A stretch of 64,000 nucleotides of DNA, taken from positions 384,001 through 448,000 of the forward strand of contig CAWBMV010000022.1 in assembly GCA_963789955.1 (NCBI GenBank), read 5' to 3'. The position numbers and the translations under genes were made by a program. The notes below the pieces were generated by a model. The model made no database searches. It saw nothing but the letters and a program-made list of their open reading frames with translations, and was not told the DNA's origin. Shown here piece after piece: positions 21,102 to 34,808 of the stretch (its first letter is position 1; the number at the start of each line of letters is the position of its first letter). This stretch comes from an uncultured Candidatus Rokubacteria bacterium (GTDB lineage: Bacteria > Methylomirabilota > Methylomirabilia > Rokubacteriales > CSP1-6).

Positions 21102-22513
21102 TGGCGCTGAGCTTCAAGGCGCGCCTCACCCTCTGGCACCTGCTTGCGGTCATGGTCATTCTGGCCGGGACGGGGCTCGCCGCGAACTGGGCGCTGTCGC
21201 GGGTGGTGCTCGATCGGATGGTCGACGACGCGGTCCTTGCGCTGGCCGAGGCGGAAGCGACGGCGCTGACGACGAACCCCCAGGCTCCCGTGCGCGTGCA
21301 CGAGACGCCACCCGGGACGGCGGCACCCTCGTTCGCCCGGCTCGACAAGTTCGTCCAGATCGTGGCCCTGGACGGTCAGGTGGCCGCGCGAGGGATGACC
21401 CTCGGGACCGCGCGACTCCCCGCGCCGCCGGCGCTGCTGCGTCGACTTCGCGACGGGGAAACCGTCTTCGAGACGGTCAATGACTTCGGTGAAGAGCCGG
21501 TACGCATGGTGTCGCTGCCGGTCGACGTGGCCGGGACCCGCTACGCGGTCCAGGTGGCCATGTCGCTCGACGACGCCTACGCGGTGCTCGGATCGGTGCG
21601 GCGGCTGTTCGTCGTCATGGCGGCCGGGATCCTGCTCGGTGTGGGGTTGACGGGAATCATCCTGACGCGACGAGCCCTTCGTCCGATCGACCGCATCGTG
21701 GCCCGGGCCCGCGAGATCGGTGAGTCCAGCTTCGGCGAACGGCTGCCGAGCCCGGGCCAGCAGGACGAGATCGGCCGGCTGGTCGACACCCTCAACGACA
21801 TGCTCGCGCGGATCGAGGGCAGCTTCGAGGTCCAGCGCCGCTTCACGGCCGACGCGGCGCACGAGCTCCAGTCGCCGCTCTCGCGCCTGCGGACGGAGCT
21901 CGAGGTCACCTTGCGCCGTCGCCGCGACACGGGCGAGTACGAAGAGACCCTTCGCTCGTGTCTCGAGAAGGTCGAGCGGCTCGCGATCCTCACAAAGGAG
22001 CTCCTGACCCTCGCCCGTCTGGACGCGGAGCAGGGTCGCCCGGCGCCCGCTCACGTCGTGCGGCTCGGCCCCGTGCTCGAAGGCGCGGTCAGGCGGCTCG
22101 CGGCCGAAGCTGAAAAGCGCGGCGTCACCGTCGCGCTTCATCCTTCGCAGGCGCTGTCACTGTCGGTCCGCTGCGGAGAAGGGCTCGCGGATCTCGTGTT
22201 CACGAACGTGCTGGACAACGCCGTCAAGTTCTCGCCGCCCGGCGGCCGGGTGGTGGTCGATGCCGCGGCCGAAGGCTCCGAGGTGGTCGTCGCGGTCTCC
22301 GACGCGGGGCCGGGGATCCCGGCCGAGGAGATCGCTCGGGTGTTCGAGCGCTTCTACCGCGGGCGCAACGCGAGGGCCAACGAGCCGACGGGCTTCGGCC
22401 TAGGGCTGGCAATCTCCGAGGCCGTGGTCAAGCAGCACGGTGGCCAGATGTCGGTCGAGAGCGCGCCGGGCTGCGGCGCGACGGTTCGCGTGCGATTCCC
22501 GGTGGGCACGTAG
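21101..22513 (+). CDS. HAMP-domain sensor histidine kinase (CusS-like)
   Basis: Two TM helices, HAMP, ADAAHELQSPL H-box, NVLDNAVKF, DAGPG, GFGLGLAI. Confidence 0.93.
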   Translation: MALSFKARLTLWHLLAVMVILAGTGLAANWALSRVVLDRMVDDAVLALAEAEATALTTNPQAPVRVHETPPGTAAPSFARLDKFVQIVALDGQVAARGMTLGTARLPAPPALLRRLRDGETVFETVNDFGEEPVRMVSLPVDVAGTRYAVQVAMSLDDAYAVLGSVRRLFVVMAAGILLGVGLTGIILTRRALRPIDRIVARAREIGESSFGERLPSPGQQDEIGRLVDTLNDMLARIEGSFEVQRRFTADAAHELQSPLSRLRTELEVTLRRRRDTGEYEETLRSCLEKVERLAILTKELLTLARLDAEQGRPAPAHVVRLGPVLEGAVRRLAAEAEKRGVTVALHPSQALSLSVRCGEGLADLVFTNVLDNAVKFSPPGGRVVVDAAAEGSEVVVAVSDAGPGIPAEEIARVFERFYRGRNARANEPTGFGLGLAISEAVVKQHGGQMSVESAPGCGATVRVRFPVGT

Positions 22514-22520
22514 CCCGCCG

Positions 22521-25647
<3,127 letters not shown>

Positions 25648-25660
25648 GGCCCGAGCTCGC

Positions 25661-26887
25661 TCAGCGGTCTTTCAGGAGGACGCCACCGTCGACGACGACT
25701 CGCTCACCGGCCGCGACGCCCGACACGACCGGCATGACGTCGCCGACCCGTGGGCCGAGCACGACTTCGCGCCGCTCGAAACGTCCGGGCGCGCGCTCGA
25801 GGAAGACGATGGGGTGACCGTACTCCTGGACGATGGCGGCGACGGGGAGCACGGGCGTCGGCTTCGAGTCACCGGCGTGGCGGATGGTCGCGAACATCTC
25901 CGGCCGGAAGCGGCCGCCCGGATTCGCCAGCTCGACGTAGACCTTCACCGTTCGCGTCTGGGGATCGAGCACGTCGGCGATGCGCGCCACCCGCCCCTCG
26001 AACGCTTCGCCGGGGTAGGCGACCATCGTGATCGTCACGCGCTCACCAACGCGGATGAGCCGGATCGCCGATTCGGGAACGTCCGAGGCCAGCCACACCC
26101 GGCTCAGGTCCGCGATGGTCATCAGCGGCGTCCCGGTGTCGTTCCGGTACTCGCCCGGCGCGACGTTGACCTCGAGCACCTTGCCGCTGATTGGCGCTCG
26201 CACCTGGATGACCTGTCGTGAGTTACTCGAGAGCTTGAGGTCGAGGAGCTCGAGCTTGCGCTTGGCCTGATGGCGCGCGGCCTGCGCCGTCTCGAGCGCG
26301 GCTTGCGCCTGCGCCCGATCGTTCTGCGCGCTCAGCATGTCCTTCTGGGCGACGGCATGGTGCTCGAAGAGCTCGGTTGTCCGTGCGAGATCGCCGTCGG
26401 CCTTGCTCAACGCGGCCTGCGCCTGGCGCTCGGCGGCTTCGGCCTGGATCGCGGCCGCGATCGCTGCATCCGCATCCGGGCTGTCGACGTCCAGCACCCG
26501 CTGCCCCTGCTCCACGGCATCGCCCACCTTCGCCAGAACGGCGACGACGCGCCCCGCGACCGGGAGCAGGAGACGAGAAGTCCGGTTGGGGTCGATGCCG
26601 ATACGTCCAGGTGCTGTGACCTCGTCGACGGCGATGTCCCGGATCCGCACCGGCTCGATCTTCAGCTGCGCGGCCTGGGGGGAGTCGGGCGGCACGGTCA
26701 CCTCGGCTCTGGGCGTCGAGGACGCCGTCGGGAACGAGACGGGGGCCGGCGAGGCGGCCGGCCCGTCGGCTGCGCGCTCGCACCCAGCGAGCCCGAGCCC
26801 GCACAAGAAGGCCGCGACCGGCAATCCGAAGCGCCGGGCAGTATCTCGCAGGGGGCTGACATTGTTTCCGGATCCGTGGACGCGCAT
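25661..26887 (-). CDS. RND periplasmic adaptor (membrane fusion) lipoprotein
   Basis: Lipobox LAGC; VRAPISG, ADLSRVW, DPQTRTVKV, RPEMFA. Confidence 0.92.
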   Translation of the reverse strand: MRVHGSGNNVSPLRDTARRFGLPVAAFLCGLGLAGCERAADGPAASPAPVSFPTASSTPRAEVTVPPDSPQAAQLKIEPVRIRDIAVDEVTAPGRIGIDPNRTSRLLLPVAGRVVAVLAKVGDAVEQGQRVLDVDSPDADAAIAAAIQAEAAERQAQAALSKADGDLARTTELFEHHAVAQKDMLSAQNDRAQAQAALETAQAARHQAKRKLELLDLKLSSNSRQVIQVRAPISGKVLEVNVAPGEYRNDTGTPLMTIADLSRVWLASDVPESAIRLIRVGERVTITMVAYPGEAFEGRVARIADVLDPQTRTVKVYVELANPGGRFRPEMFATIRHAGDSKPTPVLPVAAIVQEYGHPIVFLERAPGRFERREVVLGPRVGDVMPVVSGVAAGERVVVDGGVLLKDR

Positions 26888-27000
26888 TCCGCCTCGCTCC
26901 GCGGACTGTACCCAGCGGCTGGTTAAGACTTCCTGAAGGCCGGCGTGGCGCGGCGGAAGGCGAGGAGGCGGTGTAGCATACAGCGCTCGGAGGGGCCAAC

Positions 27001-27880
27001 GTGCTGACCCGCATCGACCACGTCATGATCGCCGTCCCGGACCTCGAGCGCGGAATCGACGCGTTCACGCGCATCGGATTCGACATCTACCCGGGCGGCG
27101 CCCACACGGGTCGCGCGACCCACAATGCGATCGCCTTTCACCAGGACGACTATCTCGAGCTCCTGAGCTTGCGCGATCCCAACGCCTCGATCGCGGCCGG
27201 GAGCTCCGACGCGCGCCTCGCGGAGTTCCTCGCCCGCGGCGGGCGGATTCCGCTACGTCGCCGTGCAGAGCGACGATCTGGCGGCCGACGTCGCGGCGAT
27301 GCGGCGGCGCGGCGTCGACGTGAGCGATCCGGCCGCCGGCGCCCGGCGATCGCCGAGCGGGCAAGAGCTCGCGTGGCGGGCGGCGGGCCTCGGCGCCGGC
27401 AATCCATTGCCGATCTTCTTCGTGCAGCACCTCACGCCGCTCGCCGACCGCAGACGCCAGGTGGCGCGCGCCGGCGATCATCCCAACGGCGTGCTCCGCC
27501 TGGATCGCGTCTACATCGCGGTGACCGACGTCGGCGCCGCCTCGCAGACGTACGCGCGCGTGCTCGGCATGCCCGTGCCGAAGATCCAGCGCGGCGCGGT
27601 GATCAAGGCCGACATGGCGGTCTTCGATCTCGGACCGACGGGCCTGACCGTGGCGCAGCCCGCCGAGCCCGGCCCCGCCGCCGAGGCGCTGGCGCGGCGC
27701 GGTCCCGGCCCCTTCCAGGTGCTCTACCGCACGCGCAGCATGGATGCCGCGGCGCGCTGGATCGAAGGTCACGGTCTGCCGCCGCCGGCGCGCGGCGTTC
27801 GCAACACCGGCGAGCAGGCGATGCTGGTGGGGCCGGAGCAGGCGTGCGGAGCCTACATCGGGTTCGTGGGGCCGGCCTAG
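27001..27880 (+). CDS. VOC/glyoxalase-like two-domain protein, frameshift near 27243
   Basis: RIDHVMIAV, GGAH...THNA, YLELL, LPIFFVQ. Confidence 0.85.
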
Positions 27881-27898
27881 TCCGTCCGCGAGGGGGTA

Positions 27899-28498
27899 TC
27901 AGGGCAGGAGATCGGCGACGCGGATCGACGTGCGCGGAGCGAGGAGCGGCGCCGACGATCGCGGCAGGGCGAAGCGCCGTCACGGTGCGATAGTGCCCAC
28001 CCGTGGAGCGCGCCGGCAAACGCCTCGGGGTCACGGTGGACCTCGACGAACGTCCGTGGACGACGTCGATGAGCCAGTAGTCGCGGCTGCTCGCGCGCGA
28101 GCATACAGCCTCATCTTGTACTCGCGGTCGATCGCGATACGAGCTCGCGGAGATCTCGACGATCAGGACGCCACCTCGGCAGGGTGGGCGCCCAGCGTAC
28201 GCGCCGGCCTCGTACGGCACCACGCTGATGTCTGGCTCGGGCTCCGAGTCGTCGTCGAGCGCGATCGGAAGCTGTGAATCGATTTGCCATTCATCGCCGA
28301 GCGCGCGGCGGAGCGCCGCTATCACGCGACGAATCGCCGCGGCGTGCCGGCTTCCCTGGGGCTCTCGCACGACGAGCTGACCGTCGAGCAGCTCGAGTCG
28401 CTCATCGGTGCCGGAACACGCCCAGCTCGATCAGGCGTTCGTATTCGACGCGCGTCCAGCGGCGAACTCGGGGGAGCTGGGTGACCGAAGGCTGCCAT
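27899..28498 (-). CDS. Uma2-family putative endonuclease, multiply frameshifted
   Basis: RRWTRVEYERL, SEPEPD, LIVEIS, DYWLID, ADLLP fragments. Confidence 0.8.
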
Positions 28499-28614
28499 CG
28501 ATCCTCGAATCGTAGCGAGCGCGGGTCGGCGGCGTCAACGTGCGGAATCGGTCACACCTGTCGCTCCGCGCGGGCAGGCGTAGAATTCAGCGCACCTGGC
28601 TAAGGAGGATCGGA

Positions 28615-29700
28615 ATGGACTACGGACTGTTCACGATGCCGTCGCATCCGCCCGAGCGCAATCTGTACGACGGGCACCGGTGGGATCTGCAGCAGCTGCG
28701 CTGGGCGGACGAGCTCGGGTTCAGCGAGGCGTGGATCGGCGAGCACCACACGGCGCCGTGGGAGCCGCATCCGGCGCCCGATCTTCTGGTGGCCCAGGCG
28801 CTCATGGAAACGACGCGCATGCGCATCGGGCCCGGCGGGTTCCTGATGCCCTACCATCATCCGGCCGAGCTCGCTCATCGCGTGGCGATGCTCGATCACC
28901 TGGCGCAGGGGCGACTCAACTTCGGCGTCGCGGCGAGCGGCTTGCCGAGCGATTGGGCCATGTTCAACGTCGACGGCATGTCGGGCCAGCACCGGGAGAT
29001 GACGCGCGAGGCGCTCGACATCATCCTGCGTCTCTGGAGCGACGAGCCGGAGTTCGATCACAAGGGCAAGTTCTGGCACGTCACGAAGACCGGGACGATG
29101 CTCGACACGTTGCGTCCGCACATCAAGCCGTTCCAGAAGCCGTACCCGCCGATCGGCGTGGCCGGCGTCAGCAAGGGATCCGACACGTTGAAGCTCGCCG
29201 GCGAGCGCGGGTTCTGGCCGATGAGTCTGAACCTCAACCCGACCTACGTCGGCAGCCACTGGGAGGCCGTGGAGCAGGGCGCCGCGCGGACGGGCCGCAC
29301 GCCGAAGCGGTCGGAGTGGCGGCTCGTGCGCGAGATCTTCATCGCCGATACCGACGCCGAGGCGATGCGGCTGTCGGCCGGCGGCATGATGGGCCGGATG
29401 ATGAAGGAATACTTCCTGCCGCTGCTCGCGTCGTTCCAGTTCACGGAGTTCTTGAAGCACAAGCCGGACGTGCCGGACTCCGACGTGACGCCCGAGTACT
29501 GCGCGCGCCACAACTGGCTGGTGGGCTCGCCGGCCACGGTGTCGGCCAGACTCCACGAGATCTACGAAGAGGTCGGCGGCTTCGGGACGATTCTGTTGTT
29601 CTGCTTCGACTACTCGGAGAACCCGCAGGCGTGGCGGCACTCGATGGAGCTCCTGGCCAAGGAGGTCATGCCCCGCTTCAAGAGCCTGGTGCCGAAGTAG
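28615..29700 (+). CDS. LLM-class flavin-dependent oxidoreductase
   Basis: WIGEHH, PYHHP, LDHLAQGR, PFQKPYPP; RBS AAGGAGG. Confidence 0.93.
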   Translation: MDYGLFTMPSHPPERNLYDGHRWDLQQLRWADELGFSEAWIGEHHTAPWEPHPAPDLLVAQALMETTRMRIGPGGFLMPYHHPAELAHRVAMLDHLAQGRLNFGVAASGLPSDWAMFNVDGMSGQHREMTREALDIILRLWSDEPEFDHKGKFWHVTKTGTMLDTLRPHIKPFQKPYPPIGVAGVSKGSDTLKLAGERGFWPMSLNLNPTYVGSHWEAVEQGAARTGRTPKRSEWRLVREIFIADTDAEAMRLSAGGMMGRMMKEYFLPLLASFQFTEFLKHKPDVPDSDVTPEYCARHNWLVGSPATVSARLHEIYEEVGGFGTILLFCFDYSENPQAWRHSMELLAKEVMPRFKSLVPK

Positions 29701-32063
29701 GTCCTGGCGTCGACGTGACCTCGCGGACGCGCTCGGGCGAGTAGCCGAGCAGCGCGCCGAGCACCGCTTCGTTGTCGGACCCGGGACGGCGCGACCAGTC
29801 GGTCAGCCGTCCCGGCGTTCTCGTCAGCACGGGCACGATTCCCTGGGTGACGATCTCGCCCCCGGCGCCATCGCTGCGCCGCACGAGGTCGCCGCGGCTC
29901 CACAGGTGCGGCTCGCGGACGAGGTCGGTGATCGAGTTGACCACGCTCGCGGCGAGCCCGGCCTCGCGCAGGACACGCACCCCTTCGTCGGCGGCGAGCG
30001 CGCCGATCAGCTTGGCGAACTCCTCCTTCACGCGCGCGGGATCGTCGGCGCGCAGGCGCCCCAGCCGTCCGAGCGCGCCGGCGAAGCCTCCCCAGTCGGC
30101 GGCGGACGCGGCCACGAAGCGGCCGTCGACGGCCTCGGCGGTGAGACTCGACGGATAGAGGGGCGAGTCGCCGGCGGCGCGCTCGCGCCGGATACCCAGC
30201 GCGCTGCGCACCGCGAGGAGATCGCCCGTGAGGCGCAGGGCGCACTCGAACATCGCGGTGTCCACGATCTGTCCCTGGCCGTCGACATCGCGGCGCAGGA
30301 GTGCCGCGACCATGCCGAGCACGTTGAAGAGCGCGGTCGAGTAGTCGCCGGCCGTGACGCCGTCGCGACACGGCGGGCGGTCGGGGAAGCCGTTGAGATA
30401 GGTCATGCCGCCGAAGGCGAGGCCGACCGGGTTGAACGCGGCGCGGGCCGCGTACGGTCCGCTCTGCCCGAATCCCGACGATCGCAGGATGACGAGTCGG
30501 GGATTGACGGCGTGGAGCTCCGCGGGCCCGAGGTTCCAGCGCTCGAGCGTGCCCGGGCGGAAGTTCTCCACGATGAGGTCGCTCACGCGCACCAGCTCCA
30601 GGAACACCTCGCGACCGCGCGGCGACCGCACGTCGAGCGTGATGCTGCGCTTGTTCCGGTTCGTCACCGGGAACCCGACGCCGCGACTGCCCGGGCCGTC
30701 GATCGACGCCGTCCCGGTGGCCGGCAGCTCGACCATGACGACCTCGGCGCCGAAATCGCCGAGCAGCGCCGCCGCCGCGGGACCCGCGAGCCACTGCGAC
30801 AGGTCGAGCACCCGCACGCCGGTCAGCGCTCCCGCGCCGGGCGCGCTCGGCGATGTCACCTCCGGCCTCGGTCGCGCGGCGATGCGTTCGACGTTCGCGC
30901 GGACGATCGCCGTGTGCTCGCCGAGGCGCGGGGCGCTCGCGGAGTCGCGCGCGCTCGTCCGCGAGAACCGCGGCGTCGGCGCGGGGGCGAGGAAGTCGCG
31001 GCCCGAGGACGACTTGAGAGGCAGCGTGGACCGGCGCGCCTGCACGTGAGCATCGCCGATGATCTCGTCGACCGAGCGGACGGCGGTGCCCGCGACTCCC
31101 GCCTTCGTGAAGCGCGCCTCCACATCGGCCAGATCGTGCTTGACGACCCACGCCCGCACCAGCTCGTCGGCGGCGGCGCGATTGGCGAGGCGCGCCGCGC
31201 TGGTCGAGAACCGCGGGTCCTTGACGGCCTGGGGCGCTCCGATCGCGTCACACAGACGGGCGAACGGCTGATCGCCGGCGCCGGAGAGCGCGATGAAGCC
31301 GCCGTCCCGCGTGGGGTAGACATTGGCCGGAACAACCGTCGCGGACTCGGTGCCCATGCGTGAGGCCACGGCGCCCGTCGTGTGATGACGGATGACGACG
31401 TCCTCCTGCAGGCGCAGCGCGGTCTGGTAGAGGCCGATGTCGACGACCTGCCCGTGGCCGCTTCGTCTGGCGTGATAGACGGCCATCAGGAGCGCGCCGG
31501 CGCCCAGGATCGCCGACCACGCCTCGGCCAGCGGCACCGTCACCGGAATCGGTGGCCGATCGGGGAATCCCGTCGCGAACTGCATGCCCGAGAAGGCTTG
31601 CGCGATCCGATCGTCGCCGCGCTCGCCGGCCAGCGGTCCGGTCTGCCCGAACGGCGAGATGCGCAGGCACGCGAGGCGAGCGGTTCTTCGCGAGCAGCGC
31701 GTCCGGCGAGAGCCCCGCCGACTCGAGTCGCCCGGGACCGAGATCCTCCACGATCGCGTCGGCGGACTCCAGCAGCTGCGCGAGCCAGGGCTCTCGCGTG
31801 ACGTCGCCCAGCTCCGCCACGATCGAATATTTGCCGCGGTTCTCCGACTGGAAGTAGAGCGAATCTTCACCGGCGATGCCCGGACCGCGACGCCGGAGCG
31901 GTGAGCCGTCGCGGGGCTCGATCTTGATGACCGTCGCGCCCAGATCGGCCAGCAGCCCGCCCGCCAGCTCGGCGGCGAAGCTCCGGGCCAGCTCGAGGAC
32001 CACGACACCCTCGAGCGTGCCGCCGCGGTCGGCGCCCGGCAGTCCGGAGAGATCCGCCGTCAT
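29678..32063 (-). CDS. Tandem two-domain CoA-transferase family III (CaiB/BaiF), frameshift near 31675
   Basis: Two copies of L.GV.VL(E/D)L / GA.V..(I/V)E / NR.K.SI modules; ENFRPG, SGFGQSGP. Confidence 0.9.
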
Positions 32064-32073
32064 GATCGGCTGG

Positions 32074-32956
32074 TCAGGCCAGCCCGAACACGCGCGCGGC
32101 GTTGCCGTAGAGCCACTTCTCCTTCACGGTGTCCTTCAGCGGCAGCTTCATGTACTCGTCGATCAAGGTCTCGTACGGCTGCCCGACCAGTCCCGCCGAG
32201 AGCCCGACGAGCACCTTGTCCTGGATGAGCGTGTTGCCGAACTGCATCAGCATCTCCCAGCCGGACCCGGGCTGACCGAGGTACTTCGCGCGATGCGCGG
32301 AGGTGTCCATGTGGAGGTTCGGATGCCGGCGCACGAGCGCGACCATCTCGTTGACCCATGGCCAGCCGCCGAGGCCCGCCGATGATCTTGAGCTCCGGGA
32401 AATCCATCGCGACCTGGTCGAGATGGCGCGGATGGCCGAGATCGTAGGGCCGGTCGTTCGCGTAGTTCATCGACGAATAGATCCGTACGGGAATGCCGAG
32501 CTCGGCCGCCTTCGTGTAGAGCGGGTAGTAGCGCCGGTCGCTCGCGGGAATCATGTCGACCAGCGCCGAGACCCCGAGCGCCTTGAAGCCTTCCTCGCGC
32601 ACCAGCCGCTCGAGCTCGCGAACGCCGGTCATGCCCTTGAAGGCGTTGATGCTGATGCGCGCCAGCCCGATGAAGCGATCGGGATAGCGGCGCAGGAGCG
32701 TCGTCTCCTCGTCGTTGGTGATGCCGAAGGGCACCGAGCGCACGATCCCGAGCTTACCGAGCGTGGCGACGTAGGCGTCGAGGCCCATGTCCGGCCGGTG
32801 GTCGGCGCCCTCGCGACGCGAGCGGAAGATCCGGCTGTAGTTCGCCATGCCGTAGCCCGCCGGCTGCGCGGCAGTCGGCTCCTGATCGTGGCCCGGCTCG
32901 GGCTGGCTCGCTTCGGTCTTCGGGATGCTGCACTCCATGTCGATGATTCGAACCAT
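32074..32956 (-). CDS. Amidohydrolase_2 family protein, frameshift near 32376
   Basis: YPDRFIG, YYPLY..AAELGIPV, DFPELKI, HPNLHMDTSA, NAARVF. Confidence 0.88.
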
Positions 32957-32987
32957 CACGGTCTCCTTCGGTGGTGCCGCACGCGGG

Positions 32988-33857
32988 TCACCGGTGCTTG
33001 GGATCGAGGACGTCGCGCAGCGCGTCCCCGAGCACGTTGAGGGCCAGGACGATCGCGAAGATCGCCAGGCCGGGATAGAGCGCCATCCAGGGCGCCTGGG
33101 ACAGATAGCGCTGGGCCGAGTTCAGCATGCTGCCCCACGACGGCGCCGGCGGCTGCTGGCCGAGACCCAGGAACGAGAGGCTGGACTCGGCGATGATCGC
33201 GGCGGCGACCGTGAGGCTCGACTGGATCACGAGCGGCGGCAGCATGTTGGGAAGAATCGCGCGCGCGCCGATACGGAACGGCGAGCCGCCGAGCGCGCGC
33301 GCGGCCTCGACGTACTCCTCGGCCTTGACGGTCAGGACGGTGTTGCGCGCGAGGCGGAGAAACACCGGCAGCGCCGCGATGCCGATCGCGATCATCGCGT
33401 TGGTCAGGCTCGGGCCCAGAAACGCGGCGAGCGCGATGGCGACGATCAGGAACGGGATCGCGAGCATGGCGTCGGTGAGTCGCATGATGAGGTCGTCGGT
33501 CCAGCCGCCAGCGTACCCCGAGACGAGCCCGAGGGGAATCGAGACGACCACGGCCATCGTGACGGGGATGAGCCCCGCCAGGAGCGAGGCCCGCGCGCCC
33601 CAGATCAATCGGGACAGCACGTCGCGGCCGACCTCGTCGGTGCCGAGACGATGCAGCGCGGACGGCGCCTTGCGGACGGCGGCGAAATCGGTCGCGATCG
33701 GATCGAACGGCGCCAGCCATGGCGCGGCGACCGCGATGATCACGAAGGCGCTCACCACCGCGACGGCGAGCGCCGCCGCCGGCCGCCGCAGGAGCCGGCC
33801 GAGTGCCGACGGGCGTCGGGCGACCGTGACCGCCAGGGTCGTGGAGGCCGTGCTCAC
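32988..33857 (-). CDS. Peptide/nickel ABC permease (DppC-like)
   Basis: LGTDEVGRDVLSRLIWG, EYVEAARALG, LSFLGLG, PSWG. Confidence 0.92.
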   Translation of the reverse strand: MSTASTTLAVTVARRPSALGRLLRRPAAALAVAVVSAFVIIAVAAPWLAPFDPIATDFAAVRKAPSALHRLGTDEVGRDVLSRLIWGARASLLAGLIPVTMAVVVSIPLGLVSGYAGGWTDDLIMRLTDAMLAIPFLIVAIALAAFLGPSLTNAMIAIGIAALPVFLRLARNTVLTVKAEEYVEAARALGGSPFRIGARAILPNMLPPLVIQSSLTVAAAIIAESSLSFLGLGQQPPAPSWGSMLNSAQRYLSQAPWMALYPGLAIFAIVLALNVLGDALRDVLDPKHR

Positions 33858-34808
33858 GCCGGGCCTCGAAGTCGCGGGTTGACGAGAAACGCCAGCACGT
33901 CGCCGGCCAGGTTGAGCAGCACGTACAAGCGTGGCCGAGACGAGCACGACACCCTGGACGACGGCGTAGTCGCGATTGAACACGCCGTCGACCAGCATCT
34001 TGCCGAATCCGGGAATCGCGAAGATCTGCTCGGTCAGCACGGCGCCGGACAGCAGCCGTCCGAACTCGATCGCACCCAGGGTGACGACCGGGATCAGCGC
34101 GTTGCGAAGGGCGTGCTTGAGCACCACCATCCGCTCGGTCACGCTCTTCGCGCGCGCCGTTCGCACGTAGTCGGCGCCGAGCGTCTCGACCATCGCGCCG
34201 CGCGTGTGGCGCATCATGACGCCGCCGACGCCGGTGCCGAGCACGAACGACGGCAAGGCGATCGTCGCGAGATTTCGCCGCAGATCTTCCCACGGCGCGA
34301 TATAGCCCGACGCCGGCAGCCAGCCGAGATGGACCGCGAACAGCAGGATGAGCATGATGCCGAGCCAGAAATGCGGCACGGAGAGACCGGAGAGGGCCAG
34401 GACGTTGGCGGCGACGGCGACCGGCCGGCCCTGGTGGACCGCGGCGATGACCCCCGCCGGGATACCGATCAGGAGCGCGATCAGCATCGAGCAGACCGCG
34501 AGCTCGACGGTGACCGGCAGCTTGGCGGCGATGAGCTGGGAGACCGGGATGCGATTGCGCATCGACTCGCCGAAATCACCGCGCAGCACCTTGCCGATCC
34601 AGATCGCGTACTGCACGGGGACCGGCCGATCCAGGTGGTACTTCTGGCGAATCGCCGCGACCGCCACCGGGTCGTGATCCTCGCCGGCCAGGGCCACCGC
34701 GCCATCGCCCGGCAGGAGCTGCTGGAGCGAGAAGATCAGCACGGAGACGAAGAACAAGGTCGGCACGAGGACGACGAACCGCTGCGCGATGTAGCGGGGT
34801 AGGGTCAG
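33854..34808 (-). CDS. Peptide/nickel ABC permease (DppB-like), frameshift near 33930, start codon unclear
   Basis: LPGD, GDFGES, DYVRTARAK, KHALRNA, TEQIFAIPG.G, RDYAVVQG. Confidence 0.9.

Noticed and set aside
20018..22513. Response regulator-kinase hybrid suggested by the ORF track
   Set aside because: Frameshift near 20985; the regulator C-terminus and TGATG coupling at 21099-21103 are in another frame
27899..28498. Uma2 endonuclease as a defence system or as mobiliser of the repeats
   Set aside because: Isolated gene with no partner or flanking repeats; no link can be supported from sequence
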